Assembly: GCA_964632215.1 (NCBI GenBank)
Contig: CAZWBG010000001.1
Coordinates: forward strand, 313,336 to 377,335
Direction: 5' to 3'
DNA: 64,000 nt
From: an uncultured Candidatus Saccharibacteria bacterium
Lineage (GTDB): Bacteria > Patescibacteriota > Saccharimonadia > Saccharimonadales > UBA7683
Shown here: one piece after another, positions 54,053 through 64,000 of the stretch
Layout: every line of letters starts with the position of its first letter
How positions within the stretch are numbered: position 1 is the first letter of the stretch
Notes under the pieces: model-generated
What the model saw: the letters and a program-made list of their open reading frames with translations, nothing else
The model's database searches: none
What the model was told of the DNA's origin: nothing
Translations under genes and position numbers: made by a program

Positions 54053-54910
54053 CTAGCCAAATAACGAAACTTGTTCTGGCTCTGGCTCAATCACTTTTAT
54101 CTCTTTGCTTAATTCCACTTTGAAGCCAGAAAGATCACTAAGCCAGAAACCATATAGCCGATCATTATTATCCAATACTAAATAGCGACCAACGATACCA
54201 CTAATTATTCCGGATATTGGGTTTTCTCCTATGGGTTTTATGCCTTTGTTTGGGTAGTTACCAAAGAAGAAGTGGTCTAGATTTGAGACTATCTCCTTAT
54301 CGGCTAGATCTAGACCTTTTAGAATGTTTGAGAATGTTTCTCGTTCGTTATCCTTGTTGAATGGCTCAGATAGAACCTTCTCTTTCTGTCTTTTGGTTAT
54401 GCTATTCTTTAACCCGCCGTTAATTAGCTCAGACTCAATTCTATGAGCTGCATTTGCATTTTCAAAAGTCCCAACAATACAGTAAAAAAGCGCACCCTGC
54501 TCAAACAGTCTTTCTAAACCTCTGCTATCTGACATTATCCCTGCCTTAGCCAGACCATCACCAAAGTAAGATATGTAAACTGAGTGTGGCTTGTTGTTGT
54601 AGTCTTGCTGTACGGCGGATATATCTGAGGTATTGTAAAAAGCCGGATTAAACCCAGTTCTTTGTCTACATTCAAAACAAGAGTCATACTTAATATCTAC
54701 TTCACGACTACCATCACATACGTGGTTTGTATGAGTTGTCACATCATACCAACCAACACAATATTTCTTACTTGGATCGGTAATAGCTAGGAGAATGAGT
54801 TCACCTTTGTTCAATACATACTTTTCAAGACTATGGTCTTCGTTCTCTAGTAGCACGTAAGCACTGGAGGAGTCGGTTATGGGGCGAGAAATAATAGTGA
54901 GTTTTGACAT
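54053..54910 (-). CDS. DUF2797-like protein
   Basis: Cys cluster C..C..C(FECRQ), then HSVYISYFGDGLAKAGIMS...FEQGA, as I remember for DUF2797. Confidence 0.45.
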   Translation of the reverse strand: MSKLTIISRPITDSSSAYVLLENEDHSLEKYVLNKGELILLAITDPSKKYCVGWYDVTTHTNHVCDGSREVDIKYDSCFECRQRTGFNPAFYNTSDISAVQQDYNNKPHSVYISYFGDGLAKAGIMSDSRGLERLFEQGALFYCIVGTFENANAAHRIESELINGGLKNSITKRQKEKVLSEPFNKDNERETFSNILKGLDLADKEIVSNLDHFFFGNYPNKGIKPIGENPISGIISGIVGRYLVLDNNDRLYGFWLSDLSGFKVELSKEIKVIEPEPEQVSLFG

Positions 54911-54962
54911 AGTTTAAGTATAGCTAATAAACAATTTTAGTTTGACTACTTGCTGGGACTTT

Positions 54963-55400
54963 TTAGTTCTTTTTTTCAGCCAATTCTTTAACTCGCTCCA
55001 GAGCTTTAGGGTAGTTGGCCTTAAAATATTCTTCCATTTCTGGCGGAACACCAAATACAACGGTTAACGCCGTAGTGCCGTCTTTCTCTGCAAGTGAGTA
55101 AGTTTCCTCACCGCCAGTCCACTCCTGGGCGCGTTCTCGCCTTCCCTCTTCCTGCGTATCTGCACTGTGTCTGAGTCGCAAAAATTCGCCTGGCACGAGC
55201 TTTTCGACCAAACTTGTTACGCCGTACCCACCGGCAGCAGAGATAAATTGTACTTCGTTGCCTTCTTTCAGATCACCGACCATGTATGTTTCAGGGTCAA
55301 TAATACTTGCCCATTCACGCAACGTTTCGTCTTGCCACAGAGTATCCCAAACTCTTTCTTTAGTGGCATGTATCTCAACTAGGAATTGCATTTCTTTCAT
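54963..55400 (-). CDS. SRPBCC (AHSA1/START-like) domain protein
   Basis: Contains IHATKERVWDTLWQDETLREW. Confidence 0.65.
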   Translation of the reverse strand: MKEMQFLVEIHATKERVWDTLWQDETLREWASIIDPETYMVGDLKEGNEVQFISAAGGYGVTSLVEKLVPGEFLRLRHSADTQEEGRRERAQEWTGGEETYSLAEKDGTTALTVVFGVPPEMEEYFKANYPKALERVKELAEKKN

Positions 55401-55551
55401 AGTTTTATTCTAGCTCAAGAATTACATTTGCACCATAAAGATTTTATCTAATAAGGGGTTTCGGTGTATTCCCCCCAGCGAGCTATCTCATACTTAACTT
55501 CGTGTAAAAACTAATCCGAGGTATTGCACCGCTTTTTGTTATTATGGGCGT

Positions 55552-55932
55552 ATGATTATCGCAGCTGTCATCGGTCTTTTTATTCTTATTAGCTTATCGG
55601 TATTTCAACTTCTATTGGCTCTTGGTTATCCTCTGGGTGAATTTGCCTGGGGTGGTCAACACAAAATACTGCCTAAAAAACTTCGGGTCGCTAGCATTTT
55701 CTCTATCGTTTTGTACATCGTGTTTACCCTATTCTTAGTAAGTAAAGCTGGTATCGTAAGCATCATCCCCGACTCACCACTCCTCACTATTGGTATGTGG
55801 GTATTCACTAGCTACTTCATATTAGGTATTTTCATGAACGCCATATCTCGCAGCAAGAAAGAACGGGCACTAATGACTCCAATAGCCTTATTACTAGCGG
55901 CTGTCTTTTTTGTCACAACCATAATATCCTGA
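55552..55932 (+). CDS. 4-TM membrane protein
   Basis: 126-aa hydrophobic ORF. Confidence 0.55.
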   Translation: MIIAAVIGLFILISLSVFQLLLALGYPLGEFAWGGQHKILPKKLRVASIFSIVLYIVFTLFLVSKAGIVSIIPDSPLLTIGMWVFTSYFILGIFMNAISRSKKERALMTPIALLLAAVFFVTTIIS

Positions 55933-56065
55933 GTTTTTGTGACTTTACCGTATAAACTATTTCCCTAGATTTTACCGACCTGCAAGTCTTCGCTTCCCCT
56001 ACTAGCACAGCTTCTGTCTCGGTTATGGTTGCGCTTACAGCGACAACAGAATAATATGAAGTAAT

Positions 56066-56761
56066 ATGGTAAGCCCCGAAGATCTCCCAATGAGCTTAGT
56101 TGAAGGTGCGGAAGCAATAGGAAGAAATTTGACTACTCCTGGTCAAGCCATTAGTGCTGCTGTAGATCAGCTCAATGTTGACCTTTTAGTGATTGGTTGC
56201 GAAGCCTCTGTTAGCATCGAGCCAATCACTGGATCATGGGGCTCAACATCCTTACGCCAAAATACACCACCATTCTCACGAGCAGTTCGTGCCGCAACAC
56301 GAGCTATCATTCGGCGCGAAGATCAGCAGAACACAACAACTGAGCCACAGTTTCGCCCGATATCAGACGGCCTCATCGAACAAGCAATGAGGGATACAAC
56401 AGAGGGCGCGACCTGGATTGATTCGAATGCAATCACTTTTCGCGAGCACATAGCAAGACAAAATGCTCTCTTAATGGGTAGTATGATCCTGGGACTGGAA
56501 AATGGTGGGTATAAACCCAAAGCTATCAGACGAGATGTGCGTAGTGAGTTTGACGAGATACTAGACGGACTATGGACAAGGGGCTCGTATAGTAGCTTCT
56601 CAGAATCTCGTGTTGTGGCTGCAATTATGCGTCTATCCGGTGTTAGAAACCCCTTGAGCACTGCGCATACATTCAGACGTACTTTTAGTTTTGCAAGAGA
56701 ATATGGAGCAGGACTAGCCTTTACGAGACTACTCCCAGACAGACTAGCGGCCGAAATCTAG
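56066..56761 (+). CDS. hypothetical protein
   Basis: 231-aa ORF with no recognised motif. Confidence 0.5.
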   Translation: MVSPEDLPMSLVEGAEAIGRNLTTPGQAISAAVDQLNVDLLVIGCEASVSIEPITGSWGSTSLRQNTPPFSRAVRAATRAIIRREDQQNTTTEPQFRPISDGLIEQAMRDTTEGATWIDSNAITFREHIARQNALLMGSMILGLENGGYKPKAIRRDVRSEFDEILDGLWTRGSYSSFSESRVVAAIMRLSGVRNPLSTAHTFRRTFSFAREYGAGLAFTRLLPDRLAAEI

Positions 56762-57073
56762 ATAGCCTCGATTGAAATATAACCCGTTACACATACCGAC
56801 ACACAAGGCATCCGTCAGGCAAGGCGCCACTGTCTATGCGGCACCCGCCCCTGAAACAACTACAGGTGGTGAATCCAATATTGGCGACAAGGTAATTAAC
56901 CGTGTGATTGAGACCACCCCTCTTGAGGTTCGCTATCTACTGAAACACATGCCGCCTCAACCTAAAGAAGAGAGCCGCTTAGGCATACTTTTTCTGACCT
57001 TGACTCAGCTCTGCGTGGTGAGTAGATGATGATTTTCTGCTAAAATAAGAACTACTAAGGCAAAGGAGGCATC

Positions 57074-57574
57074 ATGACATCAGTACAAAAAATAACACCA
57101 AGTCTTTGGTTCGAGACAAACTGTGAGGAAGCGATAAACTATTACGTATCTGTGTTCCCTAACTCTAAGATTGAGACGATTCAGTATTATCCTGAAGGAG
57201 CAACCGAAGGCCCAATGGCAGGCATGGCTGGCAAGGTACTAACAGGTGTGTTCGAACTTGAGGGTCAGCGTTTCATGGCGTTGGATGGTGGCCCTATTTT
57301 TAAATTTAATGAGGCGGTCTCGTTTGTGGTGGATTGTGCAACTCAAGAAGAGATTGACCATTATTGGGAAAAGCTCTCTGCCGTACCCGAAGCCGAACAA
57401 TGTGGCTGGTGCAAAGATAAGTACGGTGTTTCATGGCAGATTATCCCAACTGCTCTAGGCGAGATGATGGGTGACGAAGATCCAGAAAAAGTGGCACGCG
57501 TCACCGAAGCATTCCTCAGCATGAAAAAGTTTGATATTGCAAAACTTAGAGACGCATACGAGAACAAGCTGTAG
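57074..57574 (+). CDS. VOC family protein, PhnB / 3-demethylubiquinone-methyltransferase-like domain
   Basis: Contains ITPSLWFETNCEEAINYYVSVFPNSKI and CGWCKDKYGVSWQI. Confidence 0.7.
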   Translation: MTSVQKITPSLWFETNCEEAINYYVSVFPNSKIETIQYYPEGATEGPMAGMAGKVLTGVFELEGQRFMALDGGPIFKFNEAVSFVVDCATQEEIDHYWEKLSAVPEAEQCGWCKDKYGVSWQIIPTALGEMMGDEDPEKVARVTEAFLSMKKFDIAKLRDAYENKL

Positions 57575-57581
57575 ATTTCGT

Positions 57582-57944
57582 ATGGCGAAAACAGATTTTA
57601 AGACAATAGACGAATACATCACTACTTTTCCTAAAGAGGTTCAGGTCACTTTAGAAACGGTCAGACAAACTATCCACAAGGCCGTACCCGAGGCCGAAGA
57701 GGTGATAAGTTATCAAATACCAGCGTTCAAATACCATGGGTTCATCCTTTATTTTAGTGGCTACGCAAACCACTTCTCTATTTCTTCTCCGCCACCAACG
57801 CTTGATGTTTTCAAAGACGAACTAGCTAACTATAAAGTCTCAAAGAGTACCGTTCAATTCCCCTACGACCAGCCAGTTCCGAAAGAGCTGATTAGTAAGA
57901 TTGCAAAATATCGAGCCCAGGAAAACCTCAAGAAAGCAAAATAA
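57582..57944 (+). CDS. DUF1801 (YdhG-like) protein, intact
   Basis: Begins MAKTDFKTIDEYITTFPKEVQVTLETVRQTI. Start moved to ATG 57582. Confidence 0.65.
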   Translation: MAKTDFKTIDEYITTFPKEVQVTLETVRQTIHKAVPEAEEVISYQIPAFKYHGFILYFSGYANHFSISSPPPTLDVFKDELANYKVSKSTVQFPYDQPVPKELISKIAKYRAQENLKKAK

Positions 57945-57963
57945 TAGTCATTAGGAGTAGTAT

Positions 57964-58545
57964 CTACCGTAAAATCTTAGTAACGGTCTTTTGCAAGACA
58001 GGTACTAAATCACTTTCAAACCACGGATTTTTACTTTGCCACCTAAAGTTAAGTGGCGAAGGATGAACGAGTGGAAAATACGTAGGTAAATAATCCTCAT
58101 ATGACTGCACGGTGAGCGTTAGGTTCACTTTTGCCGCTGCACCTAGGTAGTACTTTTGTGCGTAACCTCCTATGAGAATAATTAGCTGTACATCAGGCAT
58201 ATGAGCCAATATTTGAGAATGCCACTTTGCAGCAAAATATTTACGTGGTGGCAAGTCTCCATGCACGCCTTTTCCTGGGTAGAAAAAGTCCATCGGTATC
58301 AGTGCAATCAGCTCTGGATCGTAAAACTGGGCATCAGTCACCCCAAGCCATGAACGCAGCTTAATACCACTTGCATCCTTCCAGGGAGTACCACTCTCCT
58401 GCGCCTTTCTACCTGGCGCCTGCCCGATAATTACAATTTTGGAGTGCTCAGAAGCAGTATATAAAGGCTGGTAACCTAGGGTCTTCGCCTGCGCATCGGA
58501 GGGGTCGTCAATTATTGCTTTACGGATTTTTTCTAGATTGGTCAT
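57964..58545 (-). CDS. uracil-DNA glycosylase family protein
   Basis: Motif A variant IIGQAPG and motif B HPSPLN. Confidence 0.7.
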   Translation of the reverse strand: MTNLEKIRKAIIDDPSDAQAKTLGYQPLYTASEHSKIVIIGQAPGRKAQESGTPWKDASGIKLRSWLGVTDAQFYDPELIALIPMDFFYPGKGVHGDLPPRKYFAAKWHSQILAHMPDVQLIILIGGYAQKYYLGAAAKVNLTLTVQSYEDYLPTYFPLVHPSPLNFRWQSKNPWFESDLVPVLQKTVTKILR

Positions 58546-58595
58546 ATAGTACTTCTTATTATATTACACCTCTCTTATCTGTGTTTTACAAAGTA

Positions 58596-59213
58596 CTACT
58601 GATGTAAGTCGCGAATTATACCAGGAGCGCGCCACAGACCTCCAGCAATGCCCCTGACATGGTCTCTGGCGGATGTCCGTTGCACTGCAATACCATCCTT
58701 AAACATATATTCAACAGGTACCCTCTGATCGTCGGCTGGTATAGCATGGACAATTCGCAGTCTCTGCGCAGTAGTTAAGTCTTCCGTGTTAATAGATTCT
58801 ACGGATTCTACAAAAGCTGGGCTTGGTCCTTCACTGGGGCGAACTAACGCAGCATGCTCTAGCTCACCCGGCTCACCTACCTGCAACCAACCGCTTAAGA
58901 GCAGTGCGTAGAGATCAGCCTCAGGATTGCGCCTTACCACCTCGCAGAACGTATTGAGTGTAAGGCTCGCACCAGCGCTTGCGCCAATCAGGGTATAGCG
59001 CCCATACTTGCGGAGTCCTTGTTCAGTCTGCTCAACCTCACGCTCTCTTAGCTGTGAGAATGTCGGGCCCTCATGCCATGATATTTTGGCATGCATCATA
59101 CGCAGACCTCGTACCCGAAGTGCACCCATTAGAAATAGTTCCGGAGTTCCGACGCCTGTACGTTCCAAGCCATTATGATAGCGAGCGTAAATTGGAGGTT
59201 CTCTCTCACTCAT
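58596..59213 (-). CDS. hypothetical protein, possible alpha/beta hydrolase (GASAG)
   Basis: 205-aa ORF that is more GC-rich than its neighbours. Confidence 0.45.
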   Translation of the reverse strand: MSEREPPIYARYHNGLERTGVGTPELFLMGALRVRGLRMMHAKISWHEGPTFSQLREREVEQTEQGLRKYGRYTLIGASAGASLTLNTFCEVVRRNPEADLYALLLSGWLQVGEPGELEHAALVRPSEGPSPAFVESVESINTEDLTTAQRLRIVHAIPADDQRVPVEYMFKDGIAVQRTSARDHVRGIAGGLWRAPGIIRDLHQ

Positions 59214-59303
59214 CGTAATCTATATAATAAAATATCTATAACTTATACACAAGTCTATGCGTCCACTGACCACCTTCTAACATTTATTTGATATACTCTA
59301 CTC

Positions 59304-59879
59304 ATGACTGAATTTGACCCAAGAACTAAAGAAAAGACCCGTGAGCCAATCGTTATTGAACGAGCAGTACCTGAAGACGCAGAATCCCTTGTACGACTCA
59401 AGCGTGATGGGTGGCTTGCAGCCTACACCAGTGAAGAGCACGGGGTTACAACTGAAGATATTCAGAAAAAATTCCCAGAAGATGCCATCCCGACTGCAAT
59501 TGAAAACTGGCAAAAAGGTTTAGCGAATGAAAAAGAAGATGGCGAACGAGCAACCTTCGTAGCCCGTCTCAACGGCAAAGTAGTAGGCTTTACCTCACCA
59601 CATACTGAAAATGGGCAGCGCCGAGTCGGTCAGCTCTACGTTGCACCAGATGAATGGGGCAAGGGTATCGGTAGCCAGCTTCTACAAAAAACGTTGGACT
59701 GGCACGGGCCAGAAGAACCTGTTTATCTACACGTGCTGAGCCACAATGAAAATGCAATCCGATTATACGAACAGTTCGGATTCCAAAAAACTGGCGTAGA
59801 ATTCCCGGAAGAATTCGATAAAGCACAAGGCATAAAGTTACTAGCTGAAATTGAAATGGTACGCCAACCAAAGGCTTGA
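59304..59879 (+). CDS. GNAT family N-acetyltransferase
   Basis: Motif A VGQLYVAPDEWGKGIGSQLL. Confidence 0.75.
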   Translation: MTEFDPRTKEKTREPIVIERAVPEDAESLVRLKRDGWLAAYTSEEHGVTTEDIQKKFPEDAIPTAIENWQKGLANEKEDGERATFVARLNGKVVGFTSPHTENGQRRVGQLYVAPDEWGKGIGSQLLQKTLDWHGPEEPVYLHVLSHNENAIRLYEQFGFQKTGVEFPEEFDKAQGIKLLAEIEMVRQPKA

Positions 59880-60020
59880 AAAGTAGGTCGATATCAGATA
59901 TGATACTTAGGTTCACAGCTCTTTAGTTCATCGTCTGCGAAACAGTGTCAGCAGATAAGCAGAGACCAGACCGTTCGACACTTGCGGCATAAAATAAGTC
60001 GTGTAGAAATCTCAAAATGT

Positions 60021-60096
60021 GGCTCTTTAGCTCAGTTGGTAGAGCAGAGGCTTGAAGAGCCTTGTGTCCCCAGTTCAAGTCTGGGAGGAGCCACCA
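60021..60096 (+). tRNA. tRNA-Phe(GAA)
   Basis: Cloverleaf with anticodon loop TTGAAGA. Followed by the terminator AAACCCGGA/TCCGGGTTT at 60101-60127. Confidence 0.85.
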
Positions 60097-60283
60097 CAAT
60101 AAACCCGGAATCCGGGTTTTTATTTTTGCAATCAAAAAAGGTTTGAATGGAGTCCCGTTTGGCATACCTAAAGTATCTTATTCAAACCCGAGCCTGAAGC
60201 GAGATATTTAATCTGTAAAACTATCCCGTTACCCTAGAAATACCTCCGTATATGTGCTATTATCATCTGGTACTTTTAGACAC

Positions 60284-60360
60284 GGGCGCTTAGCTCAGTT
60301 GGCTAGAGCATCTCGTTTACACCGAGAGGGTCGGGGGTTCGAGTCCCTCAGCGCCCACCA
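60284..60360 (+). tRNA. tRNA-Val(TAC)
   Basis: Acceptor GGGCGCT/AGCGCCC, anticodon loop TTTACAC. Confidence 0.85.
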
Positions 60361-60507
60361 CTAAATGTAGTTACCTCAGCATTTTAGTAGAAGTACCAAT
60401 TCAACAAACAAAACGTAGTGACTTTGTTGGATTGAGAGGAGACATTATGAAGAGTGTAGGCTTTTAGTCTTTAGACTAAAACTGAAACTTGAAATAAATG
60501 TCGACGA

Positions 60508-60595
60508 GCGCGAGTGGCGGAATTGGTAGACGCGTCAGCTTGAGGGGCTGGTGCCCGCTTAGGGCGTGGAGGTTCAAGTCCTCTCTCGCGCACCA
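60508..60595 (+). tRNA. tRNA-Leu(GAG), long variable arm
   Basis: Acceptor GCGCGAG/CTCGCGC, anticodon loop TTGAGGG. Confidence 0.85.
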
Positions 60596-60661
60596 CATAG
60601 ATATATTAACAACTCGAAGAAGTGCAGACCGAGAATGAACTTCGGAGATAAGCACCTATAT

Positions 60662-60739
60662 GGCGGATGTAGCTCAGTTGGTTAGAGCGCCGGGTTGTGG
60701 TTCCGGAGGTCGTGGGTTCAATCCCCATCATTCGCCCCA
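60662..60739 (+). tRNA. tRNA-His(GTG) with encoded G-1
   Basis: Anticodon loop TTGTGGT. An extra 5' G sits opposite discriminator C. Followed by the terminator AAGACCTC-ttcg-GAGGTCTT at 60756-60778. Confidence 0.85.
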
Positions 60740-60795
60740 AGCATTTGCATAACAAAAGACCTCTTCGGAGGTCTTTTTATTTGTATAATATCCAT

Positions 60796-61335
60796 ATGCT
60801 AGGACGACTAATTTTAGTATCAGGGATATCGGGCGCAGGAAAGACAACGCTCATTCGTTACGCCTTAGAGAACTCAGCAAACCTTATTTATTTAATAACG
60901 TTTACCACTCGGCCCCAAAGGCTGGGCGAGGAAGACTCGTTGGAGTACAGATTCATCACCGCCGATAAGTACGAAGAGGTAAGGTTATACTCCAAGAAGT
61001 GGGACCACACAGAATATAAAGGTTTTAACTATGGGGCTAATGTTGAGCTTATACGGCAAAGATTAGCCCAAGGAACTAATATAATTTGCTCCATAGCACC
61101 TGACATTGACACCATAAATAGCATGAAGCACCTATACGGCATAGAGCCTGTGCTACTATGGATCGACACACCTGCGTTGGTCGCACAGCAACGAACCACG
61201 GGTGACAGCATCAGGTCCTCTCGCGATGACGACAACTCAGTAAAACAATATTTTAAGTATTTTTTTACACCAAAAGGTGAGCTCGATAAAGACTACACTA
61301 ATTTCTTGGTAATGTTGGAAGAGTTACTAAAATGA
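60796..61335 (+). CDS. guanylate kinase-like P-loop kinase
   Basis: GISGAGKTTL and TTRPQRLGEEDSLEYRF. Start moved to ATG 60796 because the track's start overlaps tRNA-His. Confidence 0.65.
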   Translation: MLGRLILVSGISGAGKTTLIRYALENSANLIYLITFTTRPQRLGEEDSLEYRFITADKYEEVRLYSKKWDHTEYKGFNYGANVELIRQRLAQGTNIICSIAPDIDTINSMKHLYGIEPVLLWIDTPALVAQQRTTGDSIRSSRDDDNSVKQYFKYFFTPKGELDKDYTNFLVMLEELLK

Positions 61336-61411
61336 CAGTTCAAACTTTGCTTACTACCTCGACCCAAGTTAGGAATCGATCAAACTGATCTGTTTTTTTA
61401 TTTGGGAAACT

Positions 61412-63043
61412 TTAGGTGCGAGGGAGGTGGGCACCGAGGTGATCCATATCGTATTCGTGACGAAGTTCACGCAGTTGGTCTTCTTTGGTAACATTTATCT
61501 TCACACCAGGATTCAGTACGTTGAATGGATCAAATATCTTCTTTACCGCGGTGAAGATCTTGTAAATTTCAGGGCCATACAGCCGAGGTAGATATGGCGC
61601 ACGTAGACGGCCATCATTGTGCTCACCTGCCGTACTACCACCCATTTGCACTATCATCTCATAATACTCGTCCATAATCTTGAAAACCTTCTGGCGATCA
61701 CCCACCTTGGCAAGATCCAAGAAAGGCTGCAGGTGCAAATTGGCATCACCAGCGTGCCCCCATACTGCAGCATCGAGATCATACTTTTTGAATATTTCGT
61801 AGATGCGTTTAACAAAGTTTTCAAACTGGTCATGCGGTACCACACCATCTTCTATAATTGGTAGGGCTTTTTTAGTTCCTTCGCTGTGCGCAATTACCGC
61901 AGCGGCTGAATGGCGGATCTTCCAAAGCTCTTCACGCTCAGCGTAATCACTGGTAATCTGAAAATCTTGAGTAACTTTACGCAGAATTTTGCTTAACTTC
62001 TTCGCTTTTTTGGCTTGGATATTACGGCCAAGATCATCAAATTCAATAAGTAGCAGCACTTCTGGGAAAGGTTGTTCTATAAGCCCCTTAAGTTGATTTG
62101 GGTAGTGCTTTTCAATAAAGTCTAGTAAGTGCCGATCTACCATCTCAATTGTAGCCGGAGCCAATTTTAGAACATCAGGCACTACGTCGTTGGCATCACC
62201 GATATGCTGGAAGCCCGCTACAACCAAAGTTCGGTTCACATTGTTCGGTACAACCCTCAACGCTGCCTCGGTTACTACACCGAGTGTACCCTGCGATCCA
62301 ACAAAAAGAGGTGTAAGATCAAAACTGCCATCAGAGCGTTTCACATCAGCTAAGTCATAACCAGCCGAATTCTTACTTACATTCTTATGCATTGTGCCAA
62401 TAAGGTCTTGGTTGTCGCTCAGTAGACCATCCAACTGGCGATAAATTTCACCCTCAAATGTTGAAAGACCTTTCTTCTGATTCAAGCCACGCTTACTTAG
62501 TCGCTCTGTTTGAATCAGCTCACCATTGGCCAACACTATTTGCAACCCGGAAGTATACGCCCGAGTATCACCGTATTTAACCGTACGTTCACCAGAGGTA
62601 TTATTAGCCACAGCACCACCTAAAGTAGCGTAATCAATCGAACTTGGATAAGGTGGCAAAAATCTACCGTGAGTCTTTATGGTATCTTGGAAGTTTCGAT
62701 AATTAAGCCCTGGCTGAACCCGAGCAAAGTTTTTGCGAGTATCAAGCTCCAGAAGCTTGTTCATATGAGCTGGGAAAACTAACACAATACCGCTACCAAT
62801 AGCTGCCCCAGCCTGATCACTACCGGCACCACGAGCAGTAATAGGAATACCTTTACCGCGGGCTGCCAATTGCCATGAAAAGCGAGCAATCTTGCGTACA
62901 TCGTCAGTGTTACGTGGATATACAACAATTTGTGGCATCACCTCAAACACACCACCATCAGTGCTGAAGAACTTCCGAACTGATGGTGTGGTAACAACCT
63001 CACCCGTAATGTGTTCACGCAAATAGTCTGCAACTTTACTCAT
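61412..63043 (-). CDS. FAD-binding oxidoreductase (GlcD / D-lactate dehydrogenase family)
   Basis: FAD_binding_4-type N-terminal domain (GAGSD..G) and a C-terminal FAD-oxidase domain. Start at ATG 63043 with a GGAGGG RBS. Confidence 0.8.
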   Translation of the reverse strand: MSKVADYLREHITGEVVTTPSVRKFFSTDGGVFEVMPQIVVYPRNTDDVRKIARFSWQLAARGKGIPITARGAGSDQAGAAIGSGIVLVFPAHMNKLLELDTRKNFARVQPGLNYRNFQDTIKTHGRFLPPYPSSIDYATLGGAVANNTSGERTVKYGDTRAYTSGLQIVLANGELIQTERLSKRGLNQKKGLSTFEGEIYRQLDGLLSDNQDLIGTMHKNVSKNSAGYDLADVKRSDGSFDLTPLFVGSQGTLGVVTEAALRVVPNNVNRTLVVAGFQHIGDANDVVPDVLKLAPATIEMVDRHLLDFIEKHYPNQLKGLIEQPFPEVLLLIEFDDLGRNIQAKKAKKLSKILRKVTQDFQITSDYAEREELWKIRHSAAAVIAHSEGTKKALPIIEDGVVPHDQFENFVKRIYEIFKKYDLDAAVWGHAGDANLHLQPFLDLAKVGDRQKVFKIMDEYYEMIVQMGGSTAGEHNDGRLRAPYLPRLYGPEIYKIFTAVKKIFDPFNVLNPGVKINVTKEDQLRELRHEYDMDHLGAHLPRT

Positions 63044-63138
63044 TGTTCCCTCCAAGAGTTGTAATCATATGCATTATCATACCATAAAAAGTAGCCTGTT
63101 GAGTCTCGTGTTCGTCATAGATCGGTAAAGAATGGAAA

Positions 63139-63789
63139 CTAAATTTCTTTAGTGGTGCCGCTTTTAAGCGGGATAAATTTTACGCCAAATTTTTCCATAA
63201 CTTCAGGCAGCTTTGCATATATTGCCTCACGTGCACTTTCGTTCCAATGCCAATCATGGAGAGGAATAACGATTTCTGGACGATCTTTCATTGATTCAAT
63301 CATTTTAGCAAACCCTACTACGGCACCCCATGGACCACCATTAACTGCAGCCGCAAGGATCCTGGCACCGTGCGAACTAGCCAAGCTCTGACAGTCGCCA
63401 CTTATAAGTAAATCACCGAAGAGAACATAGCTAGTATGCTCCGGCTGTTCATCGAACCAAGGGGATAAATCGGCATGCTTGGAGTCAACGAATTGGATGT
63501 CTTCATCATCGCTAGCAGTAGAACCTTCGATCCCAATGGCCTTAAGCTGGTCTATCGCCTGTTGAGTCCCCTGCCATTTTGCACCCGGAGAGGCCTGAGC
63601 CACTACTTTTGCGAAGTCTTCATTCAGGTGGTCGGGGTGATTGTGTGTTATCACTACAGCGTGTATTCCCGAGAAGTTTATACCTTTCACCTTCTCATCT
63701 TGCCAACTATAGATCCCTGGATCAACAAGAATCTTCTTGCCATTACTTTCAATCAACAAACACGAATGTACTAACTTGGTTATTTCCAT
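63139..63789 (-). CDS. MBL-fold metallo-hydrolase
   Basis: ITHNHPDH is the HxHxDH motif. Confidence 0.75.
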   Translation of the reverse strand: MEITKLVHSCLLIESNGKKILVDPGIYSWQDEKVKGINFSGIHAVVITHNHPDHLNEDFAKVVAQASPGAKWQGTQQAIDQLKAIGIEGSTASDDEDIQFVDSKHADLSPWFDEQPEHTSYVLFGDLLISGDCQSLASSHGARILAAAVNGGPWGAVVGFAKMIESMKDRPEIVIPLHDWHWNESAREAIYAKLPEVMEKFGVKFIPLKSGTTKEI

Positions 63790-63842
63790 AGTTTCATAAT
63801 AGCAAAAACAGCCCGATGATTACACGAGCCGTTTGGTTATTT

Positions 63843-63929
63843 TGGTGCCGCAGAGAGGACTTGAACCTCCACAGGATTACTCCCACTGACTCCTGAAGCC
63901 AGCGTGTCTACCAATTCCACCACTGCGGC
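63843..63929 (-). tRNA. tRNA-Leu(CAG), long variable arm
   Basis: Acceptor GCCGCAG/CTGCGGC, anticodon loop TTCAGGA. Confidence 0.85.
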
Positions 63930-64000
63930 ATAAATTATAAGGTTTTTAGTAGTTTAGTGTCATGCTTGGACGGAATCTGACGCGCTTGGTGTCTACGATT

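Noticed and set aside
56772-57029. 85-aa + strand ORF (TTG start)
   Set aside because: It has no RBS and no recognisable features, and sits in a short gap between better-supported genes. This is insufficient support to call it.
59923-60165. 80-aa minus-strand ORF
   Set aside because: It is antisense to tRNA-Phe and its terminator.
60697-60795. N-terminal extension of the kinase ORF
   Set aside because: It overlaps tRNA-His and its terminator. The real start is ATG 60796.

Overview
This is a gene-dense, moderately AT-rich bacterial chromosome window. By gene content and style it looks like a reduced Patescibacteria or Saccharibacteria-type genome, but that is my inference and I cannot verify it here. 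Core genes are typA, rarA, sodA, trmD, a KH protein, rpsP, rnc, nusB, rpmF, leuS, alr, ddl, two MurF-type ligases, ligA, htpX and lemA, plus 10 tRNA genes. The most unusual content is a set of four small GC-rich ORF cassettes. Each has a near-consensus sigma70 promoter (17-nt spacer), a hairpin-containing leader, and a long bipartite GGG...CCC hairpin after the stop codon. Three of them end in a complete type III hammerhead ribozyme (18348-18402 and 19037-19091 on the + strand, 20381-20435 on the - strand). Compensatory base changes between copies support all three stems. These three cassettes sit inside the conserved rnc / rpsP-KH / trmD neighbourhood, and the fourth abuts tRNA-Gln. Other accessory content: (1) a type I R-M operon at 1-6254 (hsdM, hsdS) with KilA-N, GIY-YIG/DUF4357 and unknown genes inserted, followed by a TM protein and a nucleotidyltransferase that runs off the window; (2) a GC-rich island at 42.6-47.6 kb beside tRNA-Gly; (3) a low-GC defence-like segment at 48.5-52.6 kb with a PrrC/RloC-like AAA_13 ATPase; (4) a decaying region of small stress and unknown-function genes at 51.9-60 kb, with pseudogenes, a three-copy repeat and an inverted 18-nt copy of the tRNA-Gly 3' end. 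There is also a complete Nudix domain inserted in LeuRS and a WhiB-like protein. Family names come from motif recognition by eye. No searches were run.
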